Source: Eggerthellaceae bacterium
GTDB lineage: Bacteria > Bacteroidota > Bacteroidia > Bacteroidales > Marinilabiliaceae
Assembly (NCBI GenBank): GCA_963631865.1
Contig: CAVGTO010000002.1
Coordinates: forward strand, 7,054 to 71,053
DNA: 64,000 nt
Direction of reading: 5' to 3'
Shown: positions 45,241-54,125 of the stretch, piece by piece
How the letters are laid out: each line of letters opens with the position of its first letter
Position numbering within the stretch: position 1 is the first letter of the stretch
Made by a program: the position numbers and the translations under genes
Notes under the pieces: generated by a model
Database searches by the model: none
Told to the model about the DNA's origin: nothing
The model's input: only the letters and a program-made list of their open reading frames with translations

Positions 45241-45903
45241 TTAGCGGACGAGAGCGCGGCTGGTGCGCTTGGTGCCATCGGTGAGGTAATCCACGCTGAT
45301 TACGAAACCACGGAAGTTACCCTCGACCTTTGCGCCGGTGAGGGAATAGTACTCGGTCTTTACGATGTCCTCGGCAGTTACCTCGGGGAGAGCCGATGCG
45401 TTTGTGGTATAGGTTACAGTAAGGGTCTTGCCCTCAATAACGTTCGAGCCGGCCTTGTCGCTGGAGATGATGATGGTGTACTTAACCACAGCCTCGCCGC
45501 TCTTGCTGGCGAAGAACCACTCGTCGGCAAGAGACTGAGCCGCGATGCTCTGGTAAGAACCATTGGCGGGAGAGTAATATGTTCCAAGTGCGCTATTGAG
45601 GCTGCAAGTGCCAAAGCAGCACTGGAAAGCTCCATTATCCATCGAGAGGACCTCATATTTGATGCTCACCCATGAGCGGCCACTCTCAGTATTGCTCTTT
45701 ACGGAAATGCCGGAGGTAATATACTCATCGCCAGTAAGTTCGTTGCTCACAAGCGTTTTGCCTACATAGGTAGAGCCGTCCTCAAGAACGGAGACTACGT
45801 TTTCATTCTCATCGAGGACTACGAAAGAGGCGTCGTCGGCCGTCTGTGCTGATATCTGCGCTGCGCAGAAGATGGAGGCTAAAAAGAGTAGTGTTTTCTT
45901 CAT
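45241..45903 (-). CDS. Small secreted protein with a possible T9SS CTD
   Basis: The ATG at 45903 gives 'MKKTLLFLASIFCAAQISAQ'. C-terminal 'EYYSLTGAKVEGNFRGFVISVDY...'. No family recognised. Confidence 0.6.
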   Translation of the reverse strand: MKKTLLFLASIFCAAQISAQTADDASFVVLDENENVVSVLEDGSTYVGKTLVSNELTGDEYITSGISVKSNTESGRSWVSIKYEVLSMDNGAFQCCFGTCSLNSALGTYYSPANGSYQSIAAQSLADEWFFASKSGEAVVKYTIIISSDKAGSNVIEGKTLTVTYTTNASALPEVTAEDIVKTEYYSLTGAKVEGNFRGFVISVDYLTDGTKRTSRALVR

Positions 45904-46140
45904 ACTTATACTTTGTTGCAATTTTAGTAATTACTATTGAAAATTAGGGGGTCAATCCGTAAAAATGGTTATCATTTATCATTTCGACCCCCTTTTTCTG
46001 AGCGTTTTTTCTTTTGCTCCACTGATTTCGCGGATTACACTGTCCTTTTTTGAGTTGCAAGCTATGCTTGCAACTGATCTCGCTCCGCTCTAATGGGATT
46101 TTCACGGAACAGGGGTGTAACCTCAGATTTCAGTGGAGAG

Positions 46141-47667
46141 CTATTTCACGGTTTTCAACTTGCCGCCAATGACGTATATACCGGGGCGGAGTTTGGTGGG
46201 GTTGGCAATCCTTCGACCGTCGAGTGTATAGACTTCGGCGGGGAAGGTTGAGTCTCCGTCGGCTTTAATCTCCTCAATCGCAGTCTGCTCTGGGGCTTTG
46301 TAGTCGAACGAGGCGATGCCGTCCTCGGCCACTTGCATATTGAGAAGCTGGATGTTGAGAAACTTCGAGCCGTCCGTGTTGGCGTAGTTGGTGGTGGCGG
46401 CGGGCGACGTAGTGTTGGTCAGGCTGTTGTTGACCGTGCCGTCGGACGCCGTATAGGGATAGAGGTCGCCACGTACGTCGTCCTCGGTGCGCTCCCATGA
46501 GTTGTCGGCAGCTACAACGGAGTAACGTTGGTTGGTGGTGTTGACGTTGTTGGCCGTCCAAGCCTCCGCGCTGTAATCAACGTGGGTAATGAGGATACCC
46601 GAGGTGTAGAGACCGGCGTCGGTGCCCGTCTGGCTACGGTTCTCGATGAGGTAGAACTCATCCGTGTGGCCGGGATTGCGGATAATGTACGCATCGCCAC
46701 CCTCCGAGAGGGGCTTGAGATCCGTCACCATAAGGTCCTCACTTCCGAGCTCCACGGGAGTCAACCATCCGCACATCCAACGCTCGAGGGCTGTATAGCC
46801 GGCGGGCTTGAAGCTGTCGCCGAGGTAGTTGCCCATGTTCATCGTGTCCCATACGTAGGTGCCGTACTTGAGCGTCGTCTGACCGATGCCCGTGCCCTTG
46901 TCATACGTGTCCGGCAGGCCAAAGCAATGCGAGAACTCATGGCAGATGGTGCCAATGCCGTCGCGCTTACCGCCCTCACCGAGTTCGCAGCTGCAGGCGT
47001 AGGTGTCGATGGTCACGCCATTCATAGAGAACGCCGCATGCGACGAGCCCACGCCGCTCAGCTTGCCCTCCTGGGGCCAGATGAGATTGGAGTTCGAACC
47101 ATCGGTGTTCTGGCCCTGGCCGGCGTAGAGCACGAAGACCTGGTCGGCATATCCGTCGCCGTCCCAATCGTAGGGCGTGAAGTCCTTCATCTTGCCCTGT
47201 CGCTTGGCTTTGTTGCAGGCGGCGTAGATCATATCGCCGAGGTTGTCGTCGGATGCCGTGCCGCTGGCGTCGTTGCCGTAGTAGGTATAGTTATTGTCGA
47301 GTTCGTAGGGACCAACGACGTCGAACGTCAACTTGAAAACGCCTCGGCTCTGAGCCAAGAAGTAGTCGTAGACGCTCTGCGTGAAGCCCGTGGCCTCGTC
47401 CTGAAATCCCTCTTCGTTGGCCACGCGGGTGTAGAAGTTGCGGACGTTGGCGAGGCGCGTATCGTCGTCGGTCGACGCGCCCGTGGGGTCGGTGAACTTC
47501 ACGGCGGGCACACTGCTCTCTTCGTCAGCTCCCACGTACTCGGGGAACTCCACAAGGATAATCAGTCCCTTGTGCTCACCCTCGAAAGGCGTCTCTGGGG
47601 CTTGGGCCGCGGCGGTGGTGCTGAGCAGCGCAACCGCCGCGGCAACTGTGAACTGTGAACTGTGCAC
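46141..47667 (-). CDS. M6 (immune-inhibitor-A-like) zinc metalloprotease with a T9SS CTD
   Basis: 'GTICHEFSHCFGLPDTYD' (HExxH) and tail 'VYTLDGRRIANPTKLRPGIYVIGGKLKTVK'. The only upstream start is a GTG at 47667, inside a heptamer array. Confidence 0.75.
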   Translation of the reverse strand: MHSSQFTVAAAVALLSTTAAAQAPETPFEGEHKGLIILVEFPEYVGADEESSVPAVKFTDPTGASTDDDTRLANVRNFYTRVANEEGFQDEATGFTQSVYDYFLAQSRGVFKLTFDVVGPYELDNNYTYYGNDASGTASDDNLGDMIYAACNKAKRQGKMKDFTPYDWDGDGYADQVFVLYAGQGQNTDGSNSNLIWPQEGKLSGVGSSHAAFSMNGVTIDTYACSCELGEGGKRDGIGTICHEFSHCFGLPDTYDKGTGIGQTTLKYGTYVWDTMNMGNYLGDSFKPAGYTALERWMCGWLTPVELGSEDLMVTDLKPLSEGGDAYIIRNPGHTDEFYLIENRSQTGTDAGLYTSGILITHVDYSAEAWTANNVNTTNQRYSVVAADNSWERTEDDVRGDLYPYTASDGTVNNSLTNTTSPAATTNYANTDGSKFLNIQLLNMQVAEDGIASFDYKAPEQTAIEEIKADGDSTFPAEVYTLDGRRIANPTKLRPGIYVIGGKLKTVK

Positions 47668-47677
47668 TGTGGACTAT
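47643..47677 (-). repeat. Heptamer array spanning one gene's stop and the next gene's start
   Basis: caactgt gaactgt gaactgt gcactgt ggactat. It covers the TAG at 47674-47676 and the first 8 codons of the M6 protease (HSSQFTV). Confidence 0.8.
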
Positions 47678-49794
47678 TTGACTATCACCTTGCGAGTCTT
47701 GCCGCTCTTGAAGCGGACAATCTTGAGGCCGCGGGTGGGGTTGGTAATGATGCGTCCGTCGAGGGAATATACGGCCTCGACTTCGTCGGAACTGAGCTCA
47801 ACGTTCGAGATGGCATCGCTGTCGGCGGTCGTGCCACCCACGTTGCACATGTTGGCGTTGGTAACCCATGCGTCGCGGACGGAGGTGTTGAAGACGTTCT
47901 GCTTCTGAGTCTCGCTATAAGAATAGGTTATGGGACGAGAGATGGCTGCCACGATGCGCAGACGGCCAGCCGGTCCGAGGGTCTGGGCGTTCTCATGCTC
48001 AGTGGTGTAAGTCTTCTCATACTTGCCACCGTCGAAGGTGAGCGCATCGCCGAGGGGCTCTGAAAGAATTGCGCGGAGGACGTTGTAGTGGCGGTAGGCA
48101 CTCTGAGTACTTGAAGATGTACCATCCTCATTCATCGCCAACTGTGCCGACCTCACACGGTCCTCTGTAAGGTAGACGGTAAGAACGGCGTCGCCCATTA
48201 CGGCATCGATATTGGATACTGCGTCGCCAAAGACCTTGACAGAGATGGTCTGGCCATCCTCAGCCACGGAAGTCTCGATATTGACAGTGGCGAAGGCTGG
48301 GTAATCGGCATTCGAGGCGTCGATGAGCGAGCTGAAGTTCTTGGCTGCGGCTGCCTTATAGGTGTCGGAGTATGCGGCAGAGATGGCAATAGTGCCATAG
48401 CTGTTGACGTCGTCGGTGTAGTAGTATCGGTTCATGGCAGCCGAGGGGATGCCATAGACGGAGAAAGCCATGATATTCTGCGAAGCGGCGAGGTAAAGCT
48501 CGTCGTCACCCGAAGAGAGGTTGCAGTGGAAAGCCACGGGCGCGATGTCGTTGCGGAGGCTCTGGAGCTCGGTGAGGACGTTGTCGCCATAAGGGCCGTA
48601 GGCCGACTGCGTGGAGGTGTAGTACTCATAGAGCTGCTTCTGGCGCTTGAGGGCCTCGGTGTAAAGAACTGTGGTGGAGGCCACTGCGTCGTCCAGTCTG
48701 AGGTCGGTCTCGGTAGGCTCTGCGCCATTGATTTCCTTGACGTAGGCCGTGAGGTAAGGAGTGCTGCCTGCAGCGAGATCGCCCACAGTAGCGGGGATAT
48801 CGATCTGCTGCGAGATGATGCAAGTCTGGTCGATAGCGTGGGGGTAAGAGAGCTCGGCAATGTCGGTGTCGCCCAAGCGGATGGCGAAGGTGGCGTTGTT
48901 GACAGTGCCGGCGTAAGGCTCACAGTAGAAAGATACGCTGGCCTTGCCGCCAAGCTGTACGTAGCGCGGAGCCGTCATGTCGAAGAGCTTGAGGTCGGCG
49001 GTGGTGAAGCCGCCTTCCTTCTCGACAATGCACTGTACGGCGAGGTTGCCATAGGTGTCGCCGAGGTCGTTCCATGCCGCGGTCTCACCGCTGAACGAGC
49101 CATAGACATAGAGGTCGTTGTATGGCATGGTGATGTACTTGCCAATGGGGTATGTGCCGGAAGTGACGGTGCACTCAATGCCGATCATGAAGCCGACAAC
49201 GCCATCAGTGGTCGTGCGGTCGATATTGATCTCGTAAGGCGTGGTGAGCTCGATGGTGTTCCAACCTACGTTGTTGGTGCCGGTGAGGCTGATGGCGGGC
49301 TCGGAGGCAATAACGCCACTGCCGTTTACCTCATAGAGGAAAGGCTTAACGTCCGAAGCACCTTCAGCAGTGAGAGCGTAACGGATGGCTACAATCTTGC
49401 CACCGTTGAACTTGACGGCATCGGCGGTAGAGATAAGGTTGGCAATCTTCCACGTGCCGGCATCGAAACCGAGCCCCTCGTCGGAGCCACAGACATCGTC
49501 CGTGCGGTATGTACCCATAATTGCCTGATTGGCGGCGAGAGCCTTGAGCGACTTATTTGTTGCGGAAGACTTGACGTTTGACTTAGCAAGGGGAGATACG
49601 GAAGCGAAGCCCTCGGCATCCACGACGTCGAAGTTCTCGACGGGGCGAACCGCCTGAGCCTTGCGGGCCATGGTGAGCGAGCGCACAGCCTGCGAGCTTA
49701 CCACCTCAGAGGGCAGAGACTGACCCTGGGCGGCAGCGTCATAAGAGAAAATGCCAGCAAGAGCGGCACAGAAAGTGAGTAAAGTATATTTCAT
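47674..49794 (-). CDS. 706-aa secreted protein with a degenerate Omp28-like module and a T9SS CTD
   Basis: Signal peptide. 'VYLTEDRVRSAQL...YRHYNVLRAIL' parallels 'VWITEDNVTSWQL...YIHNHVFRTAL' of the 49794 gene, but the CxxC position is lost. Tail 'VYSLDGRIITNPTRGLKIVRFKSG'. Confidence 0.75.
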   Translation of the reverse strand: MKYTLLTFCAALAGIFSYDAAAQGQSLPSEVVSSQAVRSLTMARKAQAVRPVENFDVVDAEGFASVSPLAKSNVKSSATNKSLKALAANQAIMGTYRTDDVCGSDEGLGFDAGTWKIANLISTADAVKFNGGKIVAIRYALTAEGASDVKPFLYEVNGSGVIASEPAISLTGTNNVGWNTIELTTPYEINIDRTTTDGVVGFMIGIECTVTSGTYPIGKYITMPYNDLYVYGSFSGETAAWNDLGDTYGNLAVQCIVEKEGGFTTADLKLFDMTAPRYVQLGGKASVSFYCEPYAGTVNNATFAIRLGDTDIAELSYPHAIDQTCIISQQIDIPATVGDLAAGSTPYLTAYVKEINGAEPTETDLRLDDAVASTTVLYTEALKRQKQLYEYYTSTQSAYGPYGDNVLTELQSLRNDIAPVAFHCNLSSGDDELYLAASQNIMAFSVYGIPSAAMNRYYYTDDVNSYGTIAISAAYSDTYKAAAAKNFSSLIDASNADYPAFATVNIETSVAEDGQTISVKVFGDAVSNIDAVMGDAVLTVYLTEDRVRSAQLAMNEDGTSSSTQSAYRHYNVLRAILSEPLGDALTFDGGKYEKTYTTEHENAQTLGPAGRLRIVAAISRPITYSYSETQKQNVFNTSVRDAWVTNANMCNVGGTTADSDAISNVELSSDEVEAVYSLDGRIITNPTRGLKIVRFKSGKTRKVIVK

Positions 49795-50618
49795 CAGTTG
49801 TTGATTTTTTTAGAGATAACTTGGACAACGCCATCGCCATTGGCAACGAAGATTACGGCCGATAGATTATCGGTAGCCCATTCGCTTTCCGAATCGACTT
49901 CAGAAAGATCGAGAGTATAAGTTGCCGTGCCTTCTTCATTGGCCTCGACAGAGATATTGTCGCCGTCAAGAGCCGAGAGCGCCGTGCGGAAGACGTGATT
50001 ATGAATGTACTCCGTGTCCGTCTTGCCGCCCGGGAGGAGCTGCCAACTCGTGACGTTGTCCTCAGTAATCCAAACATTAAGTTTGGCGTCGGAATAGGCT
50101 TGCGAAGAACCGAAGTTTACGCTTATGGTGATGTTGTTCGCGAGGTTGGCGGCCTCAGTCGTCGCACTCAGCGAAATGGAGCTCTCGCGCTGGAGGGCGT
50201 CGCGGACCTCGGTGGCCCACTCGGCCGTGTTGTAGGAGGCCGCGCCGCGGTTGATGGTGGCGCATGGCTGAGCCTCAATTCCGCGGTTGTCGTAGTAATA
50301 GTTGCCGGTCTCGGTGGTCAGGGGGTATAGAGTGCCCTTGGTGTTGCGTCCGAAGGGACCGCTGTAGAGCCCCACGGCGATTACGTTGTCGTGGCCATAG
50401 GTCTCTTGGAGTTCGGCAATGATGGTGGAGGCCGCTGGGCAATTGATGCAACTCTGACCCGTGAAATCCTCAATGAGGACATGGCCCGAGACGCTGGCGG
50501 GTGCCACGTAGATAAGGCGGTCATCCTCGTCCACCTTGTCGCACGACGTCAAGCTCCATGCCGAGGCAGCCGCAACGGCCGCGCCGAGGAGGTTGATGTA
50601 TGTCTTGTTGTTCTTCAT
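49794..50618 (-). CDS. Omp28-related outer-membrane lipoprotein (thioredoxin-like fold)
   Basis: Lipobox 'SLTSC' and 'LIEDFTGQSCINCPAAS'. The stop overlaps the next start (TGATG). Confidence 0.7.
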   Translation of the reverse strand: MKNNKTYINLLGAAVAAASAWSLTSCDKVDEDDRLIYVAPASVSGHVLIEDFTGQSCINCPAASTIIAELQETYGHDNVIAVGLYSGPFGRNTKGTLYPLTTETGNYYYDNRGIEAQPCATINRGAASYNTAEWATEVRDALQRESSISLSATTEAANLANNITISVNFGSSQAYSDAKLNVWITEDNVTSWQLLPGGKTDTEYIHNHVFRTALSALDGDNISVEANEEGTATYTLDLSEVDSESEWATDNLSAVIFVANGDGVVQVISKKINN

Positions 50619-50639
50619 ATTGTGGAAGTGGACTGAGGT

Positions 50640-52313
50640 TTAGAAGTTGAAGTTGTATGATATGTTGACGCCACGGCTTGCGGGCACCCATCGGCAGACG
50701 CCGCCCGAGCAGTTGTAACCCGCTCGCGTGCGGCTGTAGCCAGCCTGGATTCGGTGGGCGCCGGTGTTGAAAGTCACGGCACCGTTGTAGTAGTGGAGGT
50801 TGGTCTCGCCGGAGTTGTACATATCGGAGACGGTGAACATCCAGTGCGGGAGGAGCGACACTTCCAGGAGACCCTGGAGCCAATTGCCCTCATCATCGTG
50901 CGTATTGAGGTACTGGAGTTCGAGACGGGTGGTGAGTTTCTTGGTTATGCGCGCCTTGGTGTCGAGGACTATGATGTTGGAGTGAATCATGCCGCCATGA
51001 CCCTCGACGATGGTCTTGTTGTAATACTGGTTCATATACATAGCGTTGAGGGTCACGGCCTTGGAGAGGCGTTTGCTCAGCTGGATGTTGATGTCCTGGT
51101 AATACTTGGTGTCGCCCATTTTCCAGAAAGCGCTGCCCTGGCCATTGGAGCCGATGGCGGCTGTGGCGTCGTCGTCGCGGTCGAGGGAACGGATATGGCT
51201 GGCGTTGACCTTGATGTTGGTGCCGTATTTGCCGCCCAGAGCCGAGCCTCGGCGGAAGTTATAGCCCGCCTCGGCTTGGAAGGCCCATTCGCCGTCGGGG
51301 TGTGTGGCGTATGGGTAGAGTGCCGCGAGGGCGTAGGTGTGGTCCATAGCAAAGGCCGGCAGGTGGTTGATGAACGAGCTGGTGCCCGTCTGGCTGCGGC
51401 GGCTGCGGAAACTCATGTAGTCACTTCGCTTAGCCTGGAGGAGGATGCTCATGCCGCTCTGCGAATAGGTGGCGGAGAGCATGGCCACAGAACCACGGCG
51501 GTAGATGTAACCATTATCGGCCGAAGGGTCCTCGCTCTTCATGGCATACTCGGCAAGGATGCCCAAGCCATTGCGCTGGAAGTTAGCACGCACGTCGAAA
51601 GCGTTGACAAACTCAGGCATATGGAGGCGGTGCGTGGCATCGACCATCACCACGTCCTCCTTCTCATACTTATTGACCCACGATGCGCCAATGGTGAGCA
51701 CTCCCCCACCCTCGCCCAGCGCCGGAATCCACTCCTCAAGACCAAGCTCAAGGTCGGCACCCGAGACAAGTCCCTTGTTGAGATGCCAATACCTGCGCTG
51801 GCGGCCCGACAAGAGCTTGAACGACACGCCCCTGACGGGCTTGATGGTCAGGCGGCCACCGAGCAACATATTGTCCACGCCCAGGCTGCGCTCCTCGTAC
51901 GTGCGGAAGATGAAGCCCGAACCGAACTGGTCGTAGAAATTGCCGGCCGTGAGGTCCCATTTATCGAAGTGGAGCTTGGCGTAGTAATACGGGATGCCCC
52001 ACCCCTTGAAGTCGGCCTCGTAGCCCGGGAGCGGGAACTTGAGGAACGAGAAACGGAAACCGGCGTCGACGATCTTGGTCATGAGGTTGACGTCGGCGTA
52101 GGTGTTGGTCTGCGCCCAGTCGTCGGTCTTGGCTGTGCCAATCTTCTCGTCGTCCTGCGGGATGAGGATGTCGCTCATGACGCTGCCCGTCAGGATAATA
52201 GGGTTCTCGGGCATAACGGACATTGCCTCGTCCTGCGCCTGGGCCAGGGCCGAGGAGCAAGCGAGGGCAGTGAGCGCCGCCGTGCGGAAAAGGTTATTGT
52301 GGGTCAAGTTCAT
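50640..52313 (-). CDS. Predicted outer-membrane beta-barrel protein (DUF6029-like by recollection)
   Basis: Signal peptide 'ALACSSALAQA', alternating-hydrophobicity strands throughout, and a terminal aromatic '...ISYNFNF'. Confidence 0.55.
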   Translation of the reverse strand: MNLTHNNLFRTAALTALACSSALAQAQDEAMSVMPENPIILTGSVMSDILIPQDDEKIGTAKTDDWAQTNTYADVNLMTKIVDAGFRFSFLKFPLPGYEADFKGWGIPYYYAKLHFDKWDLTAGNFYDQFGSGFIFRTYEERSLGVDNMLLGGRLTIKPVRGVSFKLLSGRQRRYWHLNKGLVSGADLELGLEEWIPALGEGGGVLTIGASWVNKYEKEDVVMVDATHRLHMPEFVNAFDVRANFQRNGLGILAEYAMKSEDPSADNGYIYRRGSVAMLSATYSQSGMSILLQAKRSDYMSFRSRRSQTGTSSFINHLPAFAMDHTYALAALYPYATHPDGEWAFQAEAGYNFRRGSALGGKYGTNIKVNASHIRSLDRDDDATAAIGSNGQGSAFWKMGDTKYYQDINIQLSKRLSKAVTLNAMYMNQYYNKTIVEGHGGMIHSNIIVLDTKARITKKLTTRLELQYLNTHDDEGNWLQGLLEVSLLPHWMFTVSDMYNSGETNLHYYNGAVTFNTGAHRIQAGYSRTRAGYNCSGGVCRWVPASRGVNISYNFNF

Positions 52314-52317
52314 ACGG

Positions 52318-52803
52318 TTACTTGGTCAGTTCACGGACTTTCTCGATGAGCTCGTCCTCATCGCCGTCGATATATCCGTTGTGCTTGTAGACGATGACGC
52401 CCTTGCCATCCACGATGATGGTGAAGGGGACCATCTGTGCACCCAGCGCGCGCTTGAAGTCGCTGTTGGTGTCGAGGAGCACCTCATAGGGCCAAGCGTG
52501 GTTATCCACGAGGGGCTTAACTTTCTTGACGTTCTGCGCCTGGTCAATGGATACGGCAATGAGGGAGACGCCTGTCTCGGCCTGCCAGTCCTCATAAACG
52601 TCGGCAATGGCGGTGAGCTCGCGGATGCAGGGCTTGCACCATGTGGCGAAGAAGTCGATGATGACGGGTTTGCCGTCCTTGGCAAGGTCGGCCGTGTTGA
52701 TGGTCTTGCCCTCGATGGTCTTGAGGGTGACGGATGGGATTTGCGCCTCGGCAGCCACGTTGGCTACAAGGGCAAGAAGAAGTGTGAGGAGGATATGCTT
52801 CAT
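52318..52803 (-). CDS. TlpA/ResA-like periplasmic thiol:disulfide oxidoreductase
   Basis: 'IDFFATWCKPCIREL' is a thioredoxin CxxC. The ATG at 52803 gives the signal peptide 'MKHILLTLLLALVANVAAEA'. The ORF-track start at 52854 is a TTG inside a heptamer array. Confidence 0.8.
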   Translation of the reverse strand: MKHILLTLLLALVANVAAEAQIPSVTLKTIEGKTINTADLAKDGKPVIIDFFATWCKPCIRELTAIADVYEDWQAETGVSLIAVSIDQAQNVKKVKPLVDNHAWPYEVLLDTNSDFKRALGAQMVPFTIIVDGKGVIVYKHNGYIDGDEDELIEKVRELTK

Positions 52804-52809
52804 ACTTTT

Positions 52810-52858
52810 CAATTTACAATTGACAATGGACTGTTGACAATTGACAGTTGACAATTAC
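52810..52858 (+). repeat. (CAATTNN/CAGTTNN)x7 array
   Basis: caattta caattga caatgga ctgttga caattga cagttga caattac. Confidence 0.8.
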
Positions 52859-52948
52859 GTGAACCCCGCTGGCGAGGTGTGAGCTCAATGTTAAGTGGGG
52901 GTAATTAATTTGCAGACGATAATCAAGAAATAGCGTCGGCACTCTCCG

Positions 52949-53000
52949 CAACTGTGAACTGTGAACCGTGAACTGTTCAGCAACTGCTAACTGTTAACTA
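52949..53000 (-). repeat. Heptamer array (AACTG orientation) abutting the stop at 52998, inverted relative to 52810-52858
   Basis: caactgt gaactgt gaaccgt gaactgt tcagcaa ctgctaa ctgttaa cta. Confidence 0.8.
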
Positions 53001-54032
53001 TTTAGTCAGTTTCGGGTTCTCCATAATTACGGGGAACTGGGTGTTCCTATCGATGGAGCCGGAGGTCGTGGTGGCGATGGCGAAAGCCGCGAAGGTCGTG
53101 GTCTTGCTGCCGGAAGTGTAGGCAGAGCCCGCGAAGGTGGCGGAGATGTTGCCCTCGGCGTCGGTAACGACGGGTGCCGACACCTTGCCCGTGGCGGCTG
53201 CCGAGATGGATACCTGGTAGTTCTTGTCGGTGAAGACGATGAAGGCCGTCTTATCGTTATAGGTGCCAATCTGCTGACCGCTCTGGAGCGTCAGGGCGTA
53301 GTTGGTGGCGTCGAACTGCACCGGGAGGGTAAGATCGTACTTCTGGAGGTAGAGGCCCGAAGTGCTGAGGGTGACCTTGGTCGTGAGGTCCATCTCGTAG
53401 TCGATGTCGTAGTAGGTGAGCGTATATTCGCCCGCCACGTCCTTGGCGAACTCGAATTGCGATACGAAGACCTTGTCGGTGTAGGCGCCTGCGGCAACCT
53501 CTACGTAGCCCACGCGGCGGCTGCCGGTTGCGTTGGCCGAGATGGAGAGGTTGACCTTGCCATTTGCCACGGTGGCCTCAATCCAATCGGGAGTGGAGGC
53601 TATGGTCACCTCGCGTGTGGACTGCACGGAAAAGGATGCCGTAGCTGCCGCGTCGGACGAGAGGATGATGTCGTCGTTGTCCACCACAAATATGAGGCCA
53701 AGCTGAGAGATATTGACCACAATGGAATCCTGCTCGGCTTTCTTCACCACCAGGATGGCGTTGCGGCTCTGAGGGTCGTCGTTGTCCTGAGCCGTGAAAG
53801 ATACGGTCTCGCCACTCACCGTGAGGCTGAGCCACTCGGAGTGGTTGGTATAGGCCGAGGCAATTGGCGCGTCGATGGTTACGTGACCCGAGGCGTTGGC
53901 AGCCTCAAGGCTCGTCGTGGCGCTCTTGACGGTGATGGTGGTCTCGGGGGCCGCCATGTCCGTGCAGTCGTCTTCGCAGGCTGAGAAAGCCAGCGCCGCT
54001 GCGACTAATGCTGCTATGGTTGTTTGTTTCAT
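52998..54032 (-). CDS. Lipoprotein with two BACON-like domains (PUL accessory protein)
   Basis: Lipobox 'LAFSAC'. 'HSEWLSLTVSGETVSFTAQDNDDPQSRNAILVV' and 'TPDWIEATVANGKVNLSISANATGSRRVGYVEV' fit the BACON pattern. Confidence 0.5.
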   Translation of the reverse strand: MKQTTIAALVAAALAFSACEDDCTDMAAPETTITVKSATTSLEAANASGHVTIDAPIASAYTNHSEWLSLTVSGETVSFTAQDNDDPQSRNAILVVKKAEQDSIVVNISQLGLIFVVDNDDIILSSDAAATASFSVQSTREVTIASTPDWIEATVANGKVNLSISANATGSRRVGYVEVAAGAYTDKVFVSQFEFAKDVAGEYTLTYYDIDYEMDLTTKVTLSTSGLYLQKYDLTLPVQFDATNYALTLQSGQQIGTYNDKTAFIVFTDKNYQVSISAAATGKVSAPVVTDAEGNISATFAGSAYTSGSKTTTFAAFAIATTTSGSIDRNTQFPVIMENPKLTK

Positions 54033-54074
54033 AATTATCTGTTGGAGAAATTCCCCAATTTTTATGTATGCACA

Positions 54075-54125
54075 TACCCCGGGGCTCGCACCCCGGGCTC
54101 GCTTACCGCACCCTTACAGGGCTTC
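54075..54125 (+). repeat. GC-rich double-hairpin repeat, copy C
   Basis: taCCCCGGGGctcgcaCCCCGGGctcgcttaccgcacccttacagggcttc. It overlaps the last codons of the 54114 gene. Confidence 0.65.

Noticed and set aside
46053-46076. Perfect 10-bp hairpin (agttgcaagc-tat-gcttgcaact) as a terminator after the M6 protease gene
   Set aside because: The T-run precedes the hairpin on the plus strand, so on the transcribed minus strand the hairpin is followed by A residues. It does not fit an intrinsic terminator for either orientation.
4393-50480. A link between the propeller lipoproteins' C-(I/M)-N-C-H and the Omp28-like modules' C-(I/M)-N-C-P
   Set aside because: The surrounding sequences and predicted folds are unrelated. 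A shared four-residue core is most likely coincidence.
50754-52349. 531-aa plus-strand ORF
   Set aside because: It is antisense to the predicted beta-barrel gene and has the same compositional signature as the other shadow ORFs.
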